64,000 nucleotides of DNA from Gordius albopunctatus (lineage: Eukaryota): contig OZ193909.1 of assembly GCA_964276515.1 (NCBI GenBank), positions 19,964,001 to 20,028,000 of the forward strand, in the 5' to 3' direction. The notes beneath the pieces are model-generated. The model worked only from the letters and a program-made list of their open reading frames with translations. It did no database searches and had not been told where the DNA came from. Position 1 is the stretch's first letter. Every line of letters begins with the position of its first letter. A program made the translations under genes and the position numbers. Below are positions 37,601-50,228 of this stretch, in pieces.

Positions 37601-40600
37601 GAAGTGGCTAGTTGCTCTTATGTGCTGATTAATACATTTTCTATATTTCCTTAATTTACCTATTCACTTAAATAATAATTAAATTATTGAAAATTGGCCA
37701 AGAAGTTAATGCAAAACTGAGCTGTCAATGCGTCATACTTGTCCTATATTTGACTAGTTTAGTGGTTTATCAGAAGATATCATCTGACCCAATTTATTAA
37801 TCCAACACAAAAATCTGAATCCCAATACATTAGATTAAAGATCAAGCTTAGGGGAGAGGGGGGGGGCATTAAGTGGCATTTGCCCCCCCCCCATCTCCCA
37901 TTCAAAAATCTTTCATATATTCGAATTATGATTGAAATTTAGAAAATTATATTATTTCACTTTTTAAATGATGAAAAAACAAAGTTCGACCTCTAGGCTA
38001 GTCGAAATTTGAAAAACAGACCAGAGTCCACGTTTAACAATTCATGGGCGTAACCAGCACTAAGATTAGAGGGGGGCAATAATGATTTAGGGGGGGTGGG
38101 GCAAAATGATAATTTTTAGAAATTTTAGCCATAAATTCCAACAAATTTTTGGATTTAAAGGGGGCAGCCCCATCTCCCTGCCCCCCCCCCCTTGTCTACC
38201 TCCATGAACCAATTTTAAATACATTCTTTATCAGAACTTATATGGATCGATTCCGATAAAATATAAGTTGTGATAATGGGCGTAGCCAGAGGGTGGCAGT
38301 GAGGGGCCGCTGCCCCCCCCCCTAATTCCAATCCTGGGGGATCAATTAATATTTTTTCTCGGGAGGTTCGCTGGTCCATAAAAATTATAAGCTAATTTTG
38401 GTTACAGTATAAACAAAATTCTTGAACCCCTTTACATCGAATCCCATCAGAGTTAGATTTTCTAAATTCATGTTTCAATCTATTCTGAATATTTTATCGA
38501 TTCGCAATTTTTTATCGGGGAAAATGAATTTTTAAATGACAGTTCTCAAACTAATCTTTGGTTTTTCACAATTTTAACTTGACAAACACATGAACCATAG
38601 AGTGTACTGTGTAGCCAGAATTGGAATTAGAGGGGGCAATAATGATTTAGGGAAGGGCAAAATGAACATTTTTTGAAATTTTAGCTATTTTTAATAAATC
38701 TAAGCAAATTTTTGAATTCAGAGGGGGGCAGCCGCCCCCCCCCCCTGGCTACGCCCATGCACGATTCGCAAATTTTAATTAAATAATCCCGATCAAAACA
38801 TAGTTGATGATCGAGAGAAAGAATTCAGTCAGTAGTTGTTGGACTTGGAATGAAAGATAAGAAGACTATGCATGCAGTGTTAGTAAAATCAATTTTTCAA
38901 ATGATGCCTAATGTAAAAGATAACCTTTGTTTTCTCAATCAAAACGGTTCCTAGTGGGAACAAGGGGGGTGTATTTAATTACAATGAAACAGCTGTTCAT
39001 AGCATAGCCTCTACTCGGATACATTCATACATTACATACCATGGTACTAATTGAAAACTGGGAAACAATCATTGATTTATAGGCTCAATTATAAATCTAT
39101 AAATTACGAGAGTTACAAATAACTTGCTTGCTTTGTGACCATGGACGTAGTCAGGGGGGGGGGGGTGAAGCGTAGGAAGGGGCGGTTGTTCCCCTCTAAA
39201 TCCAAAAAATTTGTTGAAATTTCTTAAAATTATGGGGCTAAAATTTCAAAAAAAAATCATATTGCCCCCTTTAATTCCAATGCTTTTTGAAATTGGAACC
39301 ATAGTTTTTTTAAATTATGGGGGGGGGGCACCTGCCCCTTCATGCCTTTAGCTGCCTAGATCCGTGTTGATTACATACTTTGGGAGGGGGAGGGGCAAAA
39401 ATGTGAGTTGCGAATTGCTATAGTAAAAAGGCTGGTGAATATAGGAAAAATTGATCAAGACTTAAAAGTTGGAAGAAATTTTGTTGTAAGAAGTTATTTC
39501 AATATTTATGTTAATAAAATCAAGATTTATATTTTACTTGTGTATGGAGAAGAGTAAATTTTTTATTAATTGAAACTAAATGAGGAGGTATTTAAAATGT
39601 CTTTCTACGACACCAAAACAGATATACTTTTAGAAGATAATAACAACCCCTCGAAGGAGTGCCCGCAATTAAATTAAAAGAATACTCTAATTAGCGCCAT
39701 CTATGGGCAATTTCTTTTTTAGTATGTGACTCGAAAATGATAAGATGGCGCTAATTAGAGTATTCTTTTAATTTAATTGCGGGCACTCCTGAAAGGGGGG
39801 GGTTGTTATTATCTTATAAAAGTTAACCTGCAATTTATTTACTAATTTCTAATATACCAAAACAGATGTTGAGTCGGTAATAAATGTGAAAAAAAGTTGC
39901 AGCTAATTTCTTCATCAACAAAATCGTTCCAACTAATTTTTCTCTTCTCGCTCGATGGTTAGATCAAAAATGCAACATATCAGATATGAAAAAAAGTTTA
40001 TTTATGACTATTTTTTGTGTAAAATCCATTTTCGGACATTTGTTATATAAAAATAAACGGAATTTATCAAAGTAAACGTGAATAATTCATTATAAACATA
40101 AACTGTGAGGAACATATTACAAAAAATATTGCATTAATTCATAAAAATTATCCCTTTACCCACCAGGCCTATATAATCACCAATAATTTTATAACTTTCT
40201 AGGTCTAGAATAAACGAATTATCTTCGATTTTTTGATTTATTCATTTATAAAAATTATATATTTTAAAAGCCTTCAAACTTTAAAAATGAAGTTATAAAC
40301 AACATTTAAAAATTAACCTCACTTAATCGACAGTTGTTATAAGGTGTAGCCGAGAGGCCCACTGCTATTTTTCCAATTTTTGCTTTCAATTAATTCAATT
40401 AACAGAATTAGAGGGGGGGGGGGGCAATAATAATTTTTTTGAAATTTTAGCCCCATAATTTAAATAAATTTCAACCGATTTTTGGTTTTAAAGGGGGGGG
40501 GGCAGCCGCCCCTCCTTGGCCCTCGTTGGTTGGCTACGACCATGAAATTGACACTAATTAATAAATTACCTTGAGGTTTTGGTTTGGCCATTTTTTGTGG

Positions 40601-40840
40601 CGAGGCGACTTCGATTGTTTTAATGCAATATTTCCATAGTCCGGAATAGCTGGATAAAAAATAATTTTGCGTCGCATTAACGTATAAAGGTTCGGGCATC
40701 CTTAGAATAATCCAACGGCTACAACCCACGGCTATGCACATAAGAATTAAACCCAGAATCGAACCACCCACCGTGGTCATTAATATATTTTTCTCGTTCT
40801 TTCGGATGCGTTCTTTGGCTTGCCTCGACAAATAAGCCAT
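31627..40840 (-). CDS. Claudin-like / PMP-22-EMP-MP20 family 4-TM protein (Drosophila CG6398 / C. elegans NSY-4 type)
   Basis: Exons 40840-40570 (TM1, SGLWKYC), 32923-32846 ([10 protein letters not shown]), 32692-32555 (YSRAEGAF...[11 protein letters not shown]) and 31877-31627 (...YG..F...SHKRKDDRA...RPMKIRR*). All three introns are phase-1 GT-AG and the frame stays open. Confidence 0.9.
33568..33935 (+). mobile_element. RTE LINE 3' fragment
   Basis: [10 protein letters not shown] motif and a (GAA)n tail; near-identical inverted copy at 42708-43078. Confidence 0.85.
39626..39823. repeat. Long inverted repeat / foldback MITE
   Basis: ~75-bp arms, including a perfect GGAGTGCCCGCAATTAAATTAAAAGAATACTCTAATTAGCGCCATCT match, around a ~40-bp spacer. 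Confidence 0.85.
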
Positions 40841-42707
40841 CTAGCTGTAGAAAACGAACCGTTCTTTTATCTTTTCATTTATACTCTTTCTGCTGAGATA
40901 TAGAAACACTTTTGAGCAGCTTAGATAACTTTTAGAGATTCGGGACCGTAGTATCAATCAATCAATTAAGGTTAGAAGCGATTGCGAGTGTAAAAGGCAG
41001 TCACACTTTTGACACCGTGAGTCTTGTGTGTCGTCACGTCTTTACCTGAAATTAACTTGGGATTTCGAGAGTGCTCTAATACGAGATGTCGAGGGGGGAG
41101 GGCCTCTATCAATTTAAATAATCAATTCCAATTCAAAATGGCGGAGGGGGGGGGTAGTGGGGAGTGTTTCCCTTATTGCTACTGCTGTTGGAAGGAGTAA
41201 GGGGAGAGTCGTTCTTGACAATGGAGTTTTGGATCGAGAATATGGGTGCGACGACAATTCATTTCGAAAGGTGCAGTATAGACGATGACGCATGGGGTCA
41301 ATCTATACCCCAAGGCGGAGGCAACCCCAAAGCATAAATTAAATCCATTTCCTCGTTCCTACGGTATAATTATGGAATTGCTTCATAAGCGTTCCTACCC
41401 CCAAAGGAAGGAAGACGCCCTTTTTTGCCATAAATCTAGCTTGAGGGGGGTCAGGTCTGTTGTCATAGTTAGCACAACAAATCGATAATAACTCAGCCCA
41501 TCCTTGCCCCCCCCCCGACCTTAGCTCTACAAAGCAGAGAGCTAGATTTTATTGTATACAGGCATACACAAACATTGTTTTTATATTCCCCAATCCCTAC
41601 TTCCATATATTATATACCCAAATAATATTATAATCTTCCTATCCAATCCAATCCTATTTTCTTTGAAGTGAGAGCGCGCCTGTTCGGTATAATGGAGTAG
41701 GGTAGGGAGTAGGTAAGGGGGTACCCTGTTGAAAAATAAATAAAATAACGAGATTGCTCTTCATTAAATTTAATTAAGACCCCCCCCCCCCCCATCCTAT
41801 TATGGTAATAAACGGGACACGGGGGGGGGATGATTACCCCCTGTAGGGGGTTGACAAAGTTGGCATCGATTGATGTGCTTCAGACAAGGTTCAATTAGGG
41901 GATAATTCGAAAACAAATATTCGGTAGGGGCAAAATGATCTTTTTCTGAAATTTTGGCCATAATTTTAATAAATTTCCACCAGATTCTCGGATTTAGAGG
42001 GGGGGGGCAGCCGCCCCTCCCTGCCCCTCGTTGCCTACGCCCCTGAAAATATTAATTAAAACCCAGACCAGAGTGTCTAATATATGTATATTTTTTTGCC
42101 ATTGGATTTGGAACTCTATTTATTTACGCAAATAGATGTTTAATTTACACCCTAAATATTTACTGATTATATGAATAAAATTAATATTATTAAGCTAGCT
42201 TATAGTCGTTCGAATGGGGGTGGGCAAGAGATTCGATGATCATGATGATTTAGGTAGGGGCAATATTATAATTTCGTTAATTATGCAGGGGGATCAATAA
42301 TTAAAGGGGGGGGGGCAACTGCCTCTCCGATCCCCTTGATTGCGATTTTGAAATTGAGTAACCTAAAAAGTGAAATTTACAAGAATTAATTTAAATTTTA
42401 GTGATTTTTTGAAAACTTTTTGAATTACATAATGCCTTTTTTCAAAATAAAATACAAAAAAAATGTCTCAAAAGTTGTTTTACATATTTTTACTGACAAT
42501 ATGCTTGCTTTTTACCATTAAAAATTTTTCAGGTTTCTATCAAATTATATTAGTTCTACCTAAATATTTTAATCGTTTTAATTACCTTTTCAACCTTTAA
42601 ATTTTGTTTAATATTTTTTTGCATTTTTATTTATTTTATAATCTGCATCTCTTTTGTATTTATTAATCAACATAGTTAATTATAACTTGATTAGATATGA
42701 TAGTTGA

Positions 42708-43078
42708 CCTTCTTCTTCATTATCAAGTCCTTGGTCCCACAGTCGTGAGATTTGTTTTGATGAGTTTCTTCCATCTTGATCGGGGGTCAGGTCTTTATTA
42801 ATCTTCTTAGATTTCCTAACTTTGTCCACTTGCCCTTTCCACGTGACACGAGGTCGTTCTCTTCCTCTCTACCCGGTACCTCCATGTCCAGTACTTTTCG
42901 AGTCTTAGGTCATTCGTGTCCCTTCTTAGTATATGCCTCCCATACCACCTTAGCCGATTTTCGTTAATCATGGCCGCCATAGGTTGTTGAATACCCATAT
43001 TATTCGTCATGATAAAGTCATTCGTCATCTGGTCGAGCTACCCCAAGCTCCACCCTATCATTCTTATCTCCTTGGCTT
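42708..43078 (-). mobile_element. RTE LINE 3' fragment (inverted twin of 33568-33935)
   Basis: Same decayed ORF and (GAA)n tail. Confidence 0.85.
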
Positions 43079-43406
43079 GTTGTAATAGCTTTTCTTCCTT
43101 GATTTTTAATGCCCAAGTTTCACTCACATCTATAGAGTTTATGTGCTTAAAATATATATTCTAAAAAAATTTTACACGAAAAAGCGATTTCCTTTGATTT
43201 TATATAAAAAATAGATCCAAAAATTTGTTGAAATTTATAAAAATTATGGGGCTACATTTTGCCCCTCCCCCCTTAATCATTATTGCCCTCCTCCAATCCC
43301 AATCCTTGCTACCCCCATGCATAAGTCTGTTTAACATTCATTCCAACACCATTCCTACGATAAATATAATTTTAATTACTTATTTTTAGGCTACAATAAT
43401 AATTTC

Positions 43407-43693
43407 GAATCTGGTGCAAAATGTAATATGTGCAAAATGTAATAATGTAATATTCGCGTATTTTAGAAATTGAGACCGGTTTTCACGCATATTCCTACGC
43501 ACGCATGTAATATGTACTAAAAAAGTAGGTAATAAAAGGATACTATAATTGTTAATTGAAACAAAATAAGTTATATCAAAATGTATAATACTATTTTATC
43601 AAATAAATACATATTATCAAATAAATCACTAAATCACTAACCCTAACCCTTGCCTATATTACATTTTGCACATATTACATTTTGCACAGAAGT
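43407..43693. mobile_element. MITE with tandem-repeat TIRs (MULE/foldback-like)
   Basis: (TGCAAAATGTAATA)x2 is inverted at both ends; flanking ATAATTTC direct repeat; internal CTAACCCTAACCCT. Confidence 0.7.
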
Positions 43694-46532
43694 GATAATT
43701 TCATATTGTTTTACAACCAAAAATTTAGTTTATTAAAAAGGAAAAGAGATTGTTTATGTTGTTTTTTATTACTTATATTTGAATTTATAGCTTAAGTAAT
43801 TTATACAAAGAAGGCTCAGTAGTCAAAGTATCTAAATTAAAGTGTGAATATTGCTTAACAGTTTATAATGTTTTCATCGATTTTTTATTTTTATAGAAAA
43901 AATAGCCACTACCATTTCATAACTTATATACAATTGATATAAAAACTATTACTGGGAACTTAGATGGTGCAATTTAAATGAGTATCAAAAATTATAAAAA
44001 TAAAAAAACGGTGTTTAGTTAGAGGTTAATAAGTTCAAATATATTACTATATCCATGACCATAGCCAGCATTGGGATTAGAAGGGGGCAATAATGACCAT
44101 TTTTTAAAATTTTAGCCCCATAATTTTAATACTTTTTTTTTACAAATTTTTGATTTTAGGGTCAGCTGTCCCCTCCCTGCCCCATACCCCTTGGCTAAGC
44201 TCATGACTCTATCTTATAAAACTAATGTCGAAATCTGTCCTAAAATCTCTGTGCCATTCGACTGCCCAACCCAGTTTGCATGCAATCGGGAAGGGAAGGG
44301 GGGGGGGGCAAGAAGGGGCAATTTTCCCCGTCAAAACTTTTGTCCAATATATTTATTTAGATGCACAAAACCTATTTGGAAATTTGTTTTTCCCCTAGTT
44401 GAATTAATTGATATAGGCTCGTTTTTGGTTGTCCGTCAGTTCGTCCCTCCTGCCCAAAATACGATTTTTCAATAATAGCTGTGGAAACTTATACGGGCTT
44501 TGGATGCCTGTGGACTTATGCTTCTTTTAAAGACGTTTTATTTCACTTTCGCATATAGACTAGCTAATCACCACTGGCTGCCTTAAATTTTTTCGACCTC
44601 GATCTAGTCTGAAATTTTTATTAATGTTTATGTACCGGATTGCTTTTATAAATAAACTTTTTTGGCCAACTTGTCTAGGTTGTTGCTTTTTATATATATT
44701 TTCTTTAGAAAAGTTTCAATAAGATAATATGTATTAATTTAAAATAGTAAAATGAAATAATTTAAGAAAAATAGTGATATTTTTAAAGGGGAAATTTTAA
44801 GGTTTCTTCGCGCAATTTTGTCATTTTTTCCCTCCTTGATTTAATAACAATACAGTTGTTGCCAGCTACGTTTTCACACCTTTTGTATGGCTTCTTTAAT
44901 TAAAAATGATTTTTTCCATAAACAAAAAATATTATATAACGCTCTTTTCAAACTATGCTTTAACGAGATTTCATCGTTTTTAAATAATAATATTAAAGCG
45001 ATTAGTAATACCCATGGGCATAGCCAAGGGGTGGCAGCGAAGGGCAGTTGCCCCCCCCCCTTTAAAACCAAAAATTCTCGAAATTATGTATAATTATGAT
45101 GGCTAAAATCACTAAAAATGACCCCCTCTAGTGCCAACACCATTAATCTATATCCTAATTACATTGTTGGCCTCTATACCTTTGCAAATCTAATTTAATG
45201 TATTTTGTGTAATTTCCAACATTAAGTGATGATTTTTAATGAGGGTCGTTTACCATTTGGCTCGGCAAACTTGGTGTCGCATTAGGATCATCCACCATTT
45301 GTATAAATAATTTAATAAACGTTTGATAAATCCTCATTTAACTAATAAGTTAAATTAAAATCTCATGTTATAAATATTCTTAAAATATGTGTTAAAAACA
45401 TAAATTTCACCTGCTCTCTACTATAAATATTTAATCATTCGGTATTAATGTTATAAGTATAGGAGAAAATTTTGTTTTTAAAAAAAAGGGGTAATTAATT
45501 ATTTTAACTATGTCCTTGAGAATCATGGAGCTAAGCCTAATTTGTCATTACGCCATTATAATCGGCTTAAAGATTATATAAAGGCTGAAAAGGTATTTCC
45601 ATTATTATTTTGTCACAATTTTGATCAATTATGATGGATAGATCTGCACATCGGTGTAAAAGGCTCTTTCTCCTCCCTTTATGTCATCAATATACCTTTT
45701 AAGGTCGTTTTTTTAGAAACGTCTAATGCCTGGATTTAGTTGGTCGACTAAACATAAACAGTCAAAAGATTTTTTGGTCTATTTTTGTTAGTCGACCACT
45801 AGGATTAGTCGGAATTTCGAAAAAGAGACCATAATCTATCGTTAGTCTTAGTTTAAACCACTGTAAAGTTAAGACTTTTGTCGCTGTCTTCTCATATGAT
45901 CTTGCGTTATAATTATATCAAGATTTCAAAAAGTTTCAAATTAACATTCACTTCTTGTAAATAGGACCATATATCTATGACAAAAAATAGATTACTTTTT
46001 ATAAATACTTTTAAGTGGGGGTTAAGGTGCAAATGCATTCATTAAAAAGTCACTTAACTAAATATTATTAAATTACATTCGGACCTGCGCCTACTTCTAA
46101 GGTACTGTCTTGCAAAACCCATACCATTTGCTATGCAATTTAAAGGAGAAACGGGGGGGGGGGGGGAGAGAGGCGACCCCGAGCGCGAGCTGGTATAACA
46201 TCCAATTCTTAGCTCATTTGAAATCCTAGCCACGTCAATCAAAATGTCATAAATTCAAACAGTGGTGGTATATGGGGTGAGCTTCAAAAAGTAAGAATTA
46301 CGAAAATAAGCTGCCAAAATAGCAATTAAAAAAGGATTTTGGCTTCGGGCCAGAGTCAGACAAATGAAAAGTAAGCAACGGTCATGATTAGGGAGTACTT
46401 CAGCCAATTTCGCAATTATCCGTTGTAAATCAACAAGACAAGTTGTCACGAGAAGTTTATATTATGTAACAATCAGGCAGTGCGCAAAAATAAATATGAG
46501 ATTTGGGCTCGAGCGAGATCTGAAAAATTAAA

Positions 46533-48625
46533 GCATGGCCGTACAACCGCAGTCGATTTTCTCTTAAGAAGTCCTTCGTCGCTTGTATACCCATCTTTGT
46601 CATCAAGGATTCGTTCGTAATGCGATGCAGCTTGGTGTAGCCTAAGCTCCATCGCACCATTCTCATTTCCGTAACTTGCAAGTGTTTCTCCTCCGCGGTG
46701 GTTACAGCCCATGTTTCGCTCCCGTAAAGCAAAACCGGTCGCACGATGGTTTTGTACGCCTTGCTTTTCAACCAAATTCGTATCTTTTTGTCACACATGA
46801 CTTAGGAGATGCTGCGCCACTTGAGCCACGCTTTCTTGATCCGAGAATGGACTTCGGCGGTACATCCTCCCTCTTGATGTAATAGCGAGCCAAGATATGT
46901 GAACTTATCAACCTCCGTGTACATTGGACCGTCATTTTTGTGCATTTGCGGACTACCGCCCATCGTTTGCATGTAAACCGTTTTCTTCTCGCTGACCTTT
47001 AACCCAGATTCTGAAAAACGTTCTGACCATTTTTTCGCCTGATGAAAAACCCCTTCTCTTGTTTCATCGCATAGGACAATATCATTGGCATATAGCATAG
47101 TCCAAGGGGCTGACTTGTGCAAGTCCTTTGTTATTGTATCCATAATTAGATTAAACAAGAATGGACTTAACGCTGACCCTTGATATAGTCCAATCATTAC
47201 TCGGAAGGGTTTCGTTTCTCCTACGGTAGTCCTAACAGATGCAACCGCGCCATTATAAATTTCCTTGATAAGTCGAACATATCCTTCGGGTATATTTCTG
47301 GCTCTAAGGGACCACCATATTAAGTCTCTCGGAACCGTATCGTAGGCCTTTTCTAAATCGATGAAGACCATGTGTAAGTTCTTTCTTATGTCGCCATATT
47401 TTTCCATCGTCTGCTTCAACGCAAAGATTGGATCCATCGTTGATTTACCGGCCACGAATCTAAACTGATTGGGCGAGAGACAAACTTCGTCATTGAGCCT
47501 TTTCACTAGCACCCTTTCTAGCAGTTTTAGTAGGTGGCAGGTCAACCTGATACCTCTAAAGTTGCCACATTCCTGCGCGTCTCTTTTGCCTTTGTATATG
47601 GGTATGATCGTACTTTCCCTCCATTGGTCCGGGATACGACTCTCATACAGCATAGTGTTAAATAGGCCTGTCATTATGTCGATTCCTTCTCCTTTGCAAC
47701 CAAGCCAATCTTCGATCGGTAAATCATCGGGACCTAGCGCTTTCCCTTTCCGCAAATTTTTGCGCTTCACTAAGATGTAGTCGACCTGTGTAAGGTGATC
47801 CCCACTACTGTACGTCGCTAAATGTTCGGTACGCTTCTGAAAGAAGGTATTCACAATGGCCATATTGTAAGCTTGCGCCATCTGTAGTAACTTCTCTCCC
47901 TCTTTATTTTTCACCCCATAGCCATGCCCGCCGTGATTTCGTTCGTACACGCCCCTTTCTTTCCCAACGTGCCCATTAAAGTCTGCTCCGATGATGAGAT
48001 TCTCGTCAGGCTTCACGTAGCGTATTTCTTTTTCGAGCTTCTCATAGAATTCGTCCTTCTCATTTTCGGAACATCCAACCTGGGGCGAATACGCACAAAT
48101 AACATTGATAAGGCCGCCTTGATCTGCCAGCTTTATGCATATCAATCTATCCGAGCATCGTTTGACTTCGACTACCTTGTCCTTAAAGGAATGGCTAAGC
48201 ACTATACCGACCCCGTTCTTCTGTGATGGGGAACCCGAGTAGTATAGCTTGTAACCATCTCATAGCTCCCTGGCTTTTGTTCCATGCCACCGCATTTTTT
48301 GTAGACACGCTTTGTGTATCCTTCGCCTTTTTAGCATCTGCGCAACCTCGATGCTCTTCCCCGTCAGCGTGCCCACATTCCAGCTGGCCACTCTTGTCCG
48401 TTCGACAACTAGATTCCTTAACCGCCTTCGTTGTGAGTGAGGCGGTGACCATTGCACGGGCGGATGATGCAATGCGCGTCGTTTGGGGAGGACGCCCTAG
48501 CATTCTGGTATAAGTTCGTATTTGTAGCTGCCATGGTGTTTAGAGTTATTTTTTTTACAGCCGGCTTCCGACCTGACGCCAACCCTCCACTTTTTTCACA
48601 CGGACTTGGGACCGTCGTTGAAGCA
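46533..48625 (-). mobile_element. RTE-clade LINE (APE + RT), internally deleted and 3'-truncated
   Basis: 466-aa ORF 48202-46802 with CAYSPQVG, ADFNGHVG, QVDYIL, FIDLEKAYD, GLYQGSALSP and YAND (YADD mutated). SWNVGTLTGK lies upstream in another frame; ENRLRLYGH lies downstream of a stop. Confidence 0.95.
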
Positions 48626-48626
48626 C
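48575..48626 (-). ncRNA. Partial twister ribozyme at an RTE 5' end
   Basis: ACGG-UCCCAAGU-CCGU...AGUG-GAGGG matches twister P4/L4 and the 3' strand; the 5' UAA/P2 strand is missing. Confidence 0.6.
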
Positions 48627-48639
48627 AAACATATTAAAT

Positions 48640-49833
48640 CGCGAAAGACATTGTCATAAGCTTTCTCCAAGTCGATATATGTAGGTCTCTTCTTTCTTCC
48701 CATGTTTATACATAATTTGTTTTGAGACGATCGGATCTATTGTGGATTTGCAGGCTACAATTCCGGATAGGTAAGCTTTTCCACATCTTTTTTCAACTTG
48801 GTTACTAATATCCATTCGATAAGTTTGGAGTAGAGACAAGTTAGCTTGATACCTCTGAAATTGCCACACTCCTGCGGGTCTCCTCTGCCTTTGAATAGGG
48901 GTATAATCATGCTTGCTCATCATTGATTAGGAATTAGCTCTTATAGAAATGTATTGTTTAAATGGTTCTGGTTGTGACTCCTTATCCTCGGCATCCGACT
49001 TATGCCTCCATAGTAATCTTGCATCTTCTCATTTTTTCCATTTTCAATCTTCTTAAAAATATCTAATATATTTATGTTTGGCTCAAAAACGTGAAAGATC
49101 TTTGACATTTGCAATATTATTAAGTAACTGAAAATAAGCTTTCTATCTCTGTCTCTTTGTGTTGAATAAGAATTAACCCTTCTCGTTTATGACTATTTTA
49201 GAGATTCCGACATCGCGTCCTTTCTTCCCCCTTATCTTGGCCAATTTTTACAAAAGCCTGTGATCAAGTTTATTTGCCCTATCGGTTTAGGCAGCGTTCT
49301 TCGCCATTGCAGGTTCTTCTTCGCGACTCTCTTTTCCTTCCTAAATTAGGATAATTCTCCCACTTTAATTTAGAATTCTTTTTCCTTTAATAAAATCCCT
49401 AACCAATTGATCCCACCAACATAGTTCCATACTCAAAACTTTGTTTGATCTGTCCTAGAACCTATTGCCGTTTCTTTAATATGCATCTCTAAAACACCGT
49501 CTATGTTCTCATCTCTTCACTTCACATGACACTCAAAAGTGAGGAGACCTTCTGTTGGTATTTATAGTTCATCAAGGGATTCTTTAGCGTTTCGTTTCGA
49601 ATCTGAGGTTCATAATCCTTTATTCGTTCCGGAAATAATTTTCTTTCAATATCCTTAATAAGTTGACGAGGTTCCTATTTCTTCTCCCAGCATTATTTAG
49701 AATCCTTAATCCTTTATATTTCGCCGTAGAAGCAGATAGTCAATTTGAGTAAAATGCTTTACACTTAATGTTTAGACTTGTCTGCAATCTTCCACTTTTT
49801 ACCTACGGACTAGGGACCGTAGCAAGTAGTGTT
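48640..49833 (-). mobile_element. Older degenerate RTE LINE copy
   Basis: TQIDYLLLRR (~49750), CGNFRGIK and DLEKAYDNV (~48660), with many disablements; twister fold at the 5' end. Confidence 0.85.
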
Positions 49834-49840
49834 AAACGAC
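49784..49840 (-). ncRNA. Twister ribozyme (P1 type) at an RTE 5' end
   Basis: GUCGUU-UAA-CACU-AC-UUGCU-ACGG-UCCCUAGU-CCGU-AGGUAAAA-AGUG-GAAG-AUUGC: L1 UAA, P2 CACU/AGUG, P4 ACGG/CCGU and pseudoknot AC/GU. Confidence 0.75.
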
Positions 49841-50228
49841 ATGGATAAGATAAATACGTTAAAACCTGCAATAGGTGTTATTTCGCCGTCCCAATCGTAT
49901 TAATATAGGCTTACTTTTGAAATTTTAATGCAGAATTTGTAAGTGGTTTATTTAAAACATATGTATATAGATAAAATGGAAATTAAACGTTACATGAAGG
50001 CATTTTATTATAACAAGGTTAGCTTCTTCGCTTTGAAGCATTCAAAAAACCTTTGCATAATGGAGACTCAAAAACAAAATTTATATAATAATTATAATAT
50101 AAAATAAGTTCTATGTATTTTTAAGTTTACAATTAAAATTAAAATCTGAGATAAAAAAGCCACTTGCTTAAAGATCGAATACAAAAATTATTTGAAAATG
50201 TACCGTATAGATGACCATTAAAAAAGAT

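Larger units (their letters stand above)
34800..45140. repeat. Dense cluster of G-tract hAT MITE copies in and upstream of the claudin-like gene
   Basis: Copies at ~34801, 36080, 36976, 37500, 38043, 38276, 38605, 39140, 40405, 41925, 43215, 44053 and 45012, in both orientations. Confidence 0.8.

Noticed and set aside
46800..46804. Stop-codon read-through in the RTE ORF
   Set aside because: The copy has other disablements (YAND, frameshift, truncation), so simple decay is more likely.
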